Shown here: in pieces, positions 1-8,914 of the stretch
Numbering within the stretch: the first letter of the stretch is position 1
Layout of the letters: the number at the start of each line of letters is the position of its first letter
DNA from: Ginkgo biloba
Lineage: Eukaryota > Plantae > Ginkgophyta
DNA: 18,862 nucleotides
Direction of reading: 5' to 3'
NCBI GenBank assembly: GCA_024626585.2
Contig: JANKJI020000002.1
Location: 128,674,815-128,693,676 of the forward strand
Made by a program: the position numbers and the translations under genes
The notes under the pieces: generated by a model
Databases searched by the model: none
The model's input: only the letters and a program-made list of their open reading frames with translations
What the model was told of the DNA's origin: nothing

Positions 1-1120
1 AATTTGGGTTGAAAATTTGTTAGTAAGTATATCTTGGTATTTTGATCACTTTTGTCTCTTGGCATGTTTTGTAATTCAATGTGGTTTGGGAGATACAAAC
101 TATTTTTCTAAGGATAGAAAGACAACATCGAATGCTTTAGAGATCATAGGCTTTTGCCATATTCAAGGTTCCATCCTTGGGAACCGCCTTCACATCACAT
201 AAAAAATCCATCAACATACTTATAACACTTACATCTAAACTTCTTCCAAGATTTCTCCCATTTGTGCTCTTTATGGAACAAGATCCAGTGTTTCTAACTC
301 ATGATCTTTTATAACCATTCACTCAAGTTTGGTACAAACACCTTACTTCTGCATTATCTATGTTGTGTTCAACTTTATATCAAAATCTTTGTCTTGCATA
401 ACAACAACAAACTCTTAGTATTTCATTATCAGATTCTACAATTTCATCTTATTTTGGTTTATTATCTACTTCACAATTATAATTATTGGTTGGGACCTTA
501 CAATGTGCTGTAATAGATCATATATTTAGCAGCAACTCACTCTCCTCATTTATCAAAAATAAAAATATTTTGTAGAGAAACTCTCTTCACTTTTATCTCT
601 AGGGTTAGGAATATGGAATGAAAGTAGCACAATCACATGGAGACATCATATTAAAAGTTAGGAAGTTTGAAGAGGCAATTGATAGACATGGACTCGGCTA
701 ACTACTTTTACAACTTGGAAAATTTTGTGGTTTAGTAATTAATTTTAAACAACAAATTATCCAGTCAAAAATTAATTATACTTCAAATATTTTCACACAC
801 AAACATAAACTAGAGAAATCCAAAATTTGTTTTTTACAATAATTGCAAAAAAATGTGATTTAAACAAAATTCTCAAGATGCATATGAAGGGTCAACAATC
901 ACAATAATATCTCACATTCAATGGGATGGAATTGCAAATCGAAGGACGTCTGCTGATTTGAAGTGAAAGAGTCCTTTGTGCATTATGATGAGGGGTAGTG
1001 TTTTCGCCCCCAAAAGATTTAAATGATGAATGAAAAGGATCATACTTTTACAATCAATAATTTTTAGCAATTTTTAATTCGTTTTCTTGATAAAATATAA
1101 AACCCTTTCTCTTGCATCTT

Positions 1121-1202
1121 GTCGATATGTCCGAGTGGTTAAGGAGACAGACTCGAAATCTGTTGGGCTATGCCTGCGCAGGTTCGAATCTTGCTGTTGA
1201 TG
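1121..1202 (+). tRNA. tRNA-Ser(CGA): tRNA-Ser (anticodon CGA), plant nuclear type with long variable arm; possibly decaying
   Basis: 82-nt cloverleaf read directly: acceptor GTCGATA/TGTTGAT plus discriminator G; D-arm with GAGTGGTTAAGG; anticodon stem ACAGA/TCTGT with CGA at 1154-1156; variable arm GGGC-TAT-GCCT; T-arm GCAGG-TTCGAAT-CTTGC. Matches the plant Ser-CGA sequence as I recall it, apart from 3' C>T changes and the variable loop. Confidence 0.95.
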
Positions 1203-1203
1203 G

Positions 1204-1220
1204 TTTTGTTTGCCTTTTTT
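1204..1220 (+). terminator. RNA polymerase III terminator (T-runs) of the tRNA-Ser gene
   Basis: TTTT at 1204-1207 and TTTTTT at 1215-1220, immediately 3' of the tRNA. An AT-rich TATA-like stretch (TAAAATATAAAA, 1091-1102) lies about 20-30 nt upstream, typical of plant tRNA genes. Confidence 0.7.
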
Positions 1221-2885
1221 AACTTTTTATTTATCAGTTACCAATTGCTATGAGAAGCGAATGTGGAACAAGTTTATTTATCTTTTGGCATGCTTGTTGT
1301 CCATAAACTGTTTGTTACCTTTGACATAGGGCTTGCTGTAGTTCCTCTCACAAAGAGGAATAGTTATTTGCTAACTAATAAATTTGAAAGGTATTGAAAG
1401 AAATGGTCAAGTAAATTGATATGGCCACTAAAGATATTATTAGATTTAAAAGAAAACAAAATGGCAAAGTAAATAAATGTGGCATCCATTTGCTATCTAA
1501 ATATTAGTATATATGGGCAAGGCATGTATGATGAACCTACACGGATACTTTGATTTTATTTGATTCATTTTTGTTGTGTATGAGGTTCAAATTGTTTTAA
1601 TTTATATTTTAGCCATCTTTACTTGTAAATTTAAGGGAATTGTTTATGTATTAAGATAACATGTTTTCATGATATTTCTAATGGGAACCATCTAGCATGT
1701 AGAGGGGTGGCCACCATAGAAGAGGGATGCCAGAATGATGCAAAAATAGAATTATATTTTTTCGGAGAATTAAATGGGTATGAAAATAGATTCTTGTATG
1801 ACATGTGCATGCATGCATAATGGTAGAGCATGGGAATCGAATGAAAGAGGTCATGGGATCAAAACTTAAAGGTGGAGTTGTCCTTTTGTGGTAATTTCCG
1901 GTTAATGGAATTGCAACAAAAAAATTCACTAGAATTTTTTTTCACCTAGAAAATAACGGACCCAACATGTAATCATCACCCAACTACAAGCAAGATAGTT
2001 TGCTCATTTCCAACATATGAAATGTTTAAGCATGTGAATGGTTGAACATCATGTAGTTCTCATGACATGTTTAGATTTTATCACACTGCACTTTAGTTCT
2101 TAGTGACATGAAATGTGATTTCTTCATAAGCATGTATAGATCCTTCGGTCAATGTTGAATCTTACTTACAATTGTTAATATTTAATAACTAAACATTTAA
2201 GAAATCCCCAAATCATCATGCTTTTCTAAAGTTTTTCTCCTTGAATCCTCTCTCATATTATGTAATTTGCAATGCTTAGAATTCTAATGCATATTAATAT
2301 ACTTTTCCAAAAAATTGGTCCTTCACATACCTCATAATTTTCATAATGCATAAACCTTAGGATTCTAATTATATTTTCTAAGGTTAGTTATAGTGGTGAA
2401 GAACAATCACTTTCATCACATTCAAATGTGTCCAAATCCCTTGGAGGATATATTAGCCAATGTGCAATGCAACCTAATGAAGCAATGTAATTAATACAAT
2501 TCTTTAAAATAAAAATAAAGGATTATAAGTACAAAAAAGAAAGCCACCACCTCTATCCTCAACATTTGTTCGCCACTTTTTATTGGTGATATATAAGAAT
2601 TTCATTGTTTTAACTGTTTTTTTTCATTTTATACTTGAGATATTTTTGGTTAATTGCCAAAGATGGTGTAGGTTAAATGGTTAATTACTTAGGTATTATT
2701 GATGTGAATTAAATGTTCTGATCCGTTGAGATAATGTGTATGTATATAGACACAAGTGTGAGGACCTAAGAGATAATGCAAGGAANNNNNNNNNNNNNNN
2801 NNNNNNNNNNNNNNNNNNNNNNNNNNNNNNNNNNNNNNNNNNNNNNNNNNNNNNNNNNNNNNNNNNNNNNNNNNNNNNNNNNNNN

Positions 2886-3032
2886 CATAGTTAGTATAAA
2901 AATATCAATCAAAGATATTAATAAATAAATCACATATATTATTAAGTATAAAAATAGATATATATTATACATAGGTAGTAATATATTAATAAATTAAAGA
3001 TATCAATAAATAAACCACATATACTATTAAGT
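2886..3032. repeat. AT-rich tandem repeat, ~85-bp period, about 1.7 visible copies, abutting a gap
   Basis: AAAGATATTAATAAATAAATCACATATATTATTAAGT (2911-2947) recurs as AAAGATATCAATAAATAAACCACATATACTATTAAGT (2996-3032). CATAGTTAGTA (2886) recurs as CATAGGTAGTA (2970). Confidence 0.75.
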
Positions 3033-3537
3033 CTAACAATCATTTATAGCTAATTATTTAATATGCATTATGTTTTTCAAATGTGTGGATGAGTGTAATA
3101 TATACCATGCTTTTAATAAATGGAATGCAACTCATCTATGCATATAAATAAATCCTTATTCTTGGGTTAAACTCTTGAATCGGATGGCATTTAACAAGAT
3201 TAATTAAGCAATGATCAACTTGAGGTAGAAACCATATGTCATGACTGAAGAAGGGTTTTCATTACTATTCTATTACCCTGCCACCATTATATGCTTTCAT
3301 ATATTTGCCAAATTAACAATACAATTCATTCTACATATTATAAAACCTTTTAATCTATAAGGTCGATACTTAGCACAATGTCGCTCTTGTTTTCATTTGA
3401 AAACTCGTATTCGTATCGATAAAAGTGTGGCATAACTTAGCTTCATGTGCTACATTTTTGTTGTCATAAATTCCTCCTCTCGGTAAAATATATACAACCT
3501 TATGTACTTCCATTTTCGGAGTTTTCCTTAATATCAC

Positions 3538-3657
3538 TACTACGCTGAGCTATTTGCAAGTTAAACACTATAATATCTTCTGTGTACATAAAACAAATAC
3601 TATGCCGAGCTATTTACAAGTTAAACACTATAATTTCTTCTGTGTACATAAAACAAA
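3538..3657. repeat. Direct tandem duplication, 60-bp unit x2
   Basis: 3538-3597 versus 3598-3657 are 56/60 identical. Confidence 0.95.
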
Positions 3658-3707
3658 AAAAAATAGACCCAAATGAGCAAAAGAAGAGATATTCTCCAGT
3701 TGAATGT

Positions 3708-3787
3708 AAGTTGTGGATGGGGTGAAATTGATTAGAAGTTGTGGATGTGACAAAATTGATTATAAGTTACGGATGTGGTAGAATCAT
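3708..3787. repeat. Degenerate minisatellite, 28-bp unit x~2.9
   Basis: AAGTTGTGGATGGGGTGAAATTGATTAG / AAGTTGTGGATGTGACAAAATTGATTAT / AAGTTACGGATGTGGTAGAATCAT, starting at 3708, 3736 and 3764. Confidence 0.85.
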
Positions 3788-4139
3788 ATGTTATGCATTT
3801 CTCTAAACGAATGTTTTGGCTTTAAGAGAAACATATACCTGCATAAGTGTTTCGATTTGGTCTAGTGTGAAGGATACATCCTCAGTTTTGAGAGAAGCAT
3901 ATACTACTTAGTTGTTTAGATCCACTACAAATATAGAGACACCGTCACCCATAATGCCCCTCCATGGGGGCATACAAAAGATAGGATGATCGTGACAAGT
4001 TTAGCTTGGTGGGTGGTCTACATTTGATATGGACTTAAATCCACATGTGGATGATCAAAACCCAGAGAGAGACGAAAGATGATAATAGGAGCCTTCTTTT
4101 TTTTTTATAATTGTGGCGATTCAAGCAGTGAGTAAGGAT

Positions 4140-4285
4140 GGTCTCGTGAGGGATCCGTGGCGTGGGCCCCAACGACATTATATCTCTGTGACTGCCTCGT
4201 CGAGCTTTTTTAAATACCCACAGATTGGGTGAGGCAATTACCATCTGCCTAGCGAAGCCTTTTATATCCTCCTCCTCCTCCTCGT
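4140..4285 (+). promoter_or_regulatory. Probable proximal promoter of the glycosyltransferase gene
   Basis: CpG-retaining stretch upstream of the CDS. Contains GTGGGCCC (TCP/site II-type motif, 4162-4169), TATA-like TTTATAT near 4261-4267 and a (CCT)5 pyrimidine patch. Motif-level evidence only. Confidence 0.45.
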
Positions 4286-4389
4286 TATTGGCAACTCGAG
4301 CTCAATTTTGTTTACTTTGTTGATTGAGAGACGTGGTTGAATGCAGTATCAGAGGGTCCACCCACCCTGTTGAATGCATCGTATACTGT

Positions 4390-5531
4390 ATGAACAGTGG
4401 AGTAGAGGATATGGGTTGTAATGTAGATGTAAATGGCGGGAGTGGTGGTAGTAGTAGCAGTGATAACTTGGTGATCAGAGATTACTCAGTAGGCATTGGC
4501 AAGAGCAGGTCTAGAAATGGTAGCTCTACAGCTGCCAAGGGAATGCGAATGGCTGCAAGTCTCACCTGCCTGCAATTCTTATTCGCAATATACGCAACAT
4601 TTCTGCTGTATTTCATGAGCCCAAATGTGGATCTCGGAGCCGATCCACAGAATTCCNNNNNNNNNNNNNNNNNAAAGCAATGGAGCGGCCTAGTGAACCG
4701 TACTTCCCGCCGGGGATCGTTTCTCCTGGAGCTCGGTAACACAGTCCAGCCATATTCGCCTCTGCTCAAGCAGGACGTCTGCGAATTCGAACACATAACC
4801 TTCGAGCAGAAGACATCCAATGACGCACGGATGATAAAGCTGAAGACGGAGCTTTACAGGGAGATTCTCCAATTCCAGCAGAAAACACGAGGCTGCGAGA
4901 CGCTGCCGGAGCTGCTCCGGCTGCCGTCCAGATGGTCAAAGGTTCGAGCCAAGGTGAGCGTCATTCTCAACCATTTCAAGCGCAAAACCCTCTGTGCTCA
5001 GCTCGATGCCTTGCTGCAGCAAACTCTCCCGTTCCACAGCGTATGGGTGCTGGCATTCGGCAGCCCCAATGAAGCCTCTTTGCGCAGTATCGTGGAGTCG
5101 TATAACCATTCCAGGATCTTCTTCGTTGGCTCGTCTTATGACTTCAAATACTACGGCAGATTTCAGATGGCATTGCAGGCGGATGGGGCGGATTTCGTTT
5201 ACATTGTGGACGATGACATGATTCCCGGGAAGAAAGTCCTGGAGATCTTTGCGCACGCTGGGGGCACTGACAAGTATCGGAATGCTGTGCTTGGGAGTAT
5301 TGGCCGCATTCTGCCCTTCCGTCAGAAGGATTTCAGTTTTCCCAGCTACAGAAAATTCGGTGTCAAAGAGGCCGGGTTGTACTTGCCTGATCCGGCGTAC
5401 AAGATCATTGTAGACCGAGTTGTTCAAGTGGACTTCTTGTCCAGCGGCTGGTTTCTCTCAGCTGACCTCGTCAAGACACTCTTCACTGATAATCCCTTCA
5501 CTTTCTCTACTGGAGAGGACCTTCATCTCAG
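4390..5531 (+). CDS. Exon 1 of a two-domain GT-A glycosyltransferase (At5g60700-like GT2 family protein): cytosolic tail, TM anchor and first catalytic domain
   Basis: Open frame. First in-frame ATG is at 4390; the alternative ATG at 4411 (MG...) fits homolog N-termini as I recall them. TM segment LTCLQFLFAIYATFLLYFM (4561-4617). Family motifs VILNHFKRKTLCAQLD, YDFKYYGRFQMALQ, DxD-type YIVDDDMIPG (DDD 5209-5217) and TGEDLHL. Donor AG|GTTCGT at 5531/5532. The 17-N gap (4657-4673) keeps the frame. Confidence 0.92.
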
Positions 5532-6537
5532 GTTCGTTTTCTTGCATAACCGCTTGGCCTCGTTCACTGTCCTACTCTAATTCATTTGTTTTTTATTTCA
5601 TCCTTCCTTTAGACTTGGGCCCCTTGGAATGTTACTTGCAGGTCTGATACGGTGTTCACATTGTGAATTGTTTTATGATAATTATTGGAAAACATCATGC
5701 ATTGTTCTCATTCTAATTTCCGAATAACTGCCTCGATTTACTAATCGAACAAGCTAGGAAATTTGTGATTTTGGTCTAATCCGNNNNNNNNNNAGGGTCA
5801 GAATTGATATACAGTACATACCAATCAAATAAGTTATGAAATTGCAAATCTTTCCAGAGACAGTTCACTTTTGGGATTTTGGGCCCATTGATGAAATATC
5901 AGTATGTAGATAGATGAGAACCAATTCATTCGGTCTGTCAGTCTGGAGGAGTGACGACTAGAAAATGAAATAACTAAATGTATATAATTATATAATTTGG
6001 GACATTTCCTAATATAATATCTAGTCTTATTCCTGTTTCGCATTCCCAATTTCCAGAGCTAAAGTAAAAAATCAGAGAAGCTGAATATATATGAGTAAGA
6101 TATGGAATCAATTCTCTTTCTGCATTGGTCTTTGGGGGGAAGACTGATTTCTTAATTTAGTCTGTGTGTGGATAGGTGTAAGTATCCAATCTCACTGTGG
6201 TATGATCTTGTTATATGGTGTTCTTTGATAAAATGACTTATTATGGTTCAAGTAATCAAGCTGAACATTTTGATCAAAGCATAGAAGAGTGCTAGTATAG
6301 ATTTTGTATCCTTTTACAAATTTACTTTTTTTTATTTAACTTGGTATCCAAATAGATGTGTATTTTATCTTTATGTATAAATGATATCAGTCCTTGCACA
6401 CATTATTCTGAGAACTTTTATACATGATGATGCATGCTTGGTCCATCTGCTGTGCCTTCCCTTCTAGTAACCTTTGGATTGGCACATTGTTTCCATATTG
6501 CAATTCCCTTGACAATTTCTTGTGTGTATTTTGGCAG
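5532..6537 (+). other. Intron 1 (GT-AG, phase 2, ~1.0 kb)
   Basis: GTTCGT...TTTTGGCAG. Splicing gives ...GEDLHL-S-FQLQKYRDAGSFVLP, restoring the conserved continuous peptide. Confidence 0.9.
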
Positions 6538-7068
6538 TTTTCAATTACAAAAGTACAGAGATGCTGGTTCATTCGTCTTGCCAGTGAATCCCAATGACAA
6601 AGAGACATGGGCTGACAGCGAACATAGATTGGCATATGTCTCGGAAACAACTGTGATCTTCAAGAATGTAATTGAAGTTCGAGATAATCAATGGTGGAAA
6701 TACATGTCAAGGGGGTATGTCACTCAGTGGGCCAGAATGAATCCTCAGCATAGTGATGTGCTATTTTATGCCCACACACTGAGTGAGATTGTTGACATGG
6801 CTCCATTGATTTTGCGTTTCCGCAATACTCCTGGCCGAAAAGCATATGTGGTAGTGAGTGGGGGATCTCGCTGCCCCTGCGAAGAGGCTGCAGTAATGCT
6901 TGGATGGTCTCAGAATTCATGCCATGAGCGTCGTTTCAAAATTTTTGATCTTGATGTCGGTTCTTCTGTAGTAGCAGGAGGTTCTGAAGTGCCTATTATA
7001 CAGGAGATTTACTCATCCATGAAGGGTTTGCTCTCAATTCATAACCCTGCTGCCATAATCACTGTAGA
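6538..7068 (+). CDS. Exon 2 of the glycosyltransferase (3' end lost in gap 7069-7641)
   Basis: FQLQKYRDAGSFVLPV...SEHRLAYVSETTVIFK...VVSGGSRCPCEEAA...CHERRFKIFDL...IHNPAAIITV is in frame after the acceptor at 6537. The N-terminal 35 aa of the 6434 ORF are intronic. Confidence 0.9.
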
Positions 7069-7727
7069 NNNNNNNNNNNNNNNNNNNNNNNNNNNNNNNN
7101 NNNNNNNNNNNNNNNNNNNNNNNNNNNNNNNNNNNNNNNNNNNNNNNNNNNNNNNNNNNNNNNNNNNNNNNNNNNNNNNNNNNNNNNNNNNNNNNNNNNN
7201 NNNNNNNNNNNNNNNNNNNNNNNNNNNNNNNNNNNNNNNNNNNNNNNNNNNNNNNNNNNNNNNNNNNNNNNNNNNNNNNNNNNNNNNNNNNNNNNNNNNN
7301 NNNNNNNNNNNNNNNNNNNNNNNNNNNNNNNNNNNNNNNNNNNNNNNNNNNNNNNNNNNNNNNNNNNNNNNNNNNNNNNNNNNNNNNNNNNNNNNNNNNN
7401 NNNNNNNNNNNNNNNNNNNNNNNNNNNNNNNNNNNNNNNNNNNNNNNNNNNNNNNNNNNNNNNNNNNNNNNNNNNNNNNNNNNNNNNNNNNNNNNNNNNN
7501 NNNNNNNNNNNNNNNNNNNNNNNNNNNNNNNNNNNNNNNNNNNNNNNNNNNNNNNNNNNNNNNNNNNNNNNNNNNNNNNNNNNNNNNNNNNNNNNNNNNN
7601 NNNNNNNNNNNNNNNNNNNNNNNNNNNNNNNNNNNNNNNNNGTGCTGAATAGAATGGAGAAATAGAACGAGAATGACAAAATAAAACATAATGAAAATGG
7701 AAGAAGAGAATGAAATGGAAATGACAG

Positions 7728-8746
7728 AATGGAACAGAATGAAAATTTCAGTGAATATAGTCACCCAGAATAGGCCTGTATCACTAAGGAGGCTTTTGAA
7801 ATCATTAAGTGACGCGTACTATGTTGGTGATGAAGTCATTCTAACATTCAACATGGACAGTGCAGTGGATGCAGAGACCTTGAAGACAGTTAACAATTTC
7901 TTCTGGCCACATGGAGAGAAACTCATCAGACGTAGGATTATTCAAGGGGGTCTCATCAGGGCAGTTGGTGAAAGTTGGTATCCATCTTCTGATGATGATT
8001 TTGGTCTACTCCTTGAAGATGATATAGAGGTTTCTCCTTTGTATTACATGTGGATGAAATATGCCCTTTTGGCTTATCGTTATGATCCACAAGTCTCTGT
8101 GCCCGAGCTCAATGCCATTGCCCTATATACTCCACGAGTGATTGAAGTGGTTAAGGAGAGACCCAAGTGGAATGCAACACAGGTCTTCAAGTCAGTGCAT
8201 CCAAACACACCTTATTTACATCAGCTTCCATGCAGCTGGGGATCTCTGTTCTTCCCACAAAAGTGGAGAGAGTTTTACAAGTACATGAACATGAGATTTA
8301 CAGAGGATGCAAAGCAGAATCCTGTACAGATACCTCATTCCAGGACAAATGGATGGCAAGCTTCCTGGAAGAAGTTCTTAATTGATCTCATGTATTTGCG
8401 CGGATATGTAACACTCTATCCCAACTTTCCCAACCAGACAAGCTTCTCCACAAATCACATGGAGCCAGGAGCACACATTTCTGCATCAAACAATATTGTA
8501 ACTCACAAGAAAGAAGATTTTGTAGTGCCCCTCATGCGAGATGACTTCTATAAGCTGCTTCCTCAGCAGAAGCTGCCTCCTCTGTCAAAGTTACCAGTAA
8601 TTAACCTCTTTAATCAAATCACCACCTTGAAGGGGCTCAAGTCAGCAGGATCCAATTTGCAACAGGACGTCTTAAAGTGTAGTACCGCTCAAATTGTGAG
8701 TGCACATGAAATCACAGGAGAGCCTACAAAGTGCACCACCTTTTGA
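7728..8746 (+). CDS. Last coding segment of the glycosyltransferase: second GT-A domain
   Basis: WNRMKISVNIVTQNR...RRRIIQGGLIRAVGESWYP...LLLEDDIEVSP (EDD 8015-8023)...YLHQLPCSWG...WQASWKKF...STNHMEPGAH, stop TGA at 8744-8746. The 5' boundary is inferred from ACAG|AA at 7727/7728 and is uncertain. Confidence 0.9.
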
Positions 8747-8821
8747 GGCATTTTCAGCTTCTGTTTGCCTGGAAAAAATTGGGAGGATGTCTAGTTAATC
8801 CTTTTCATATTATCCACTAAA

Positions 8822-8914
8822 GTTTATTTTTTCACATCGGTATTGGGTGCAGCCCTGCTTATGCAGAATAACTGCAGTGAGCTATATGACCCAATACCGG
8901 TGCAATGAATAAGT
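8822..8914 (+). repeat. Imperfect inverted repeat (long stem-loop) ~75 nt after the stop codon
   Basis: CATCGGTATTGGGT (8835-8848) pairs with ACCCAATACCGGTG (8889-8902): 14 contiguous pairs, one G:U. Pairing extends outward (TTATT/AATAA) and inward (AGC/GCT, CTGC/GCAG, TTAT/ATAA). Confidence 0.8.

Noticed and set aside
1-610. Short ORFs and possible degraded transposon coding sequence
   Set aside because: No recognisable domain in the frames I translated; ORFs have low-complexity AT-driven composition.
4482-5427. Minus-strand and alternate-frame ORFs (112, 60, 163, 75 aa) over exon 1
   Set aside because: Shadow ORFs of a GC-rich coding exon with no independent protein features.
7691-8746. 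351-aa ORF as a stand-alone gene
   Set aside because: Its N-terminus comes from a low-complexity tract; the rest is the C-terminal domain of the upstream gene's family.
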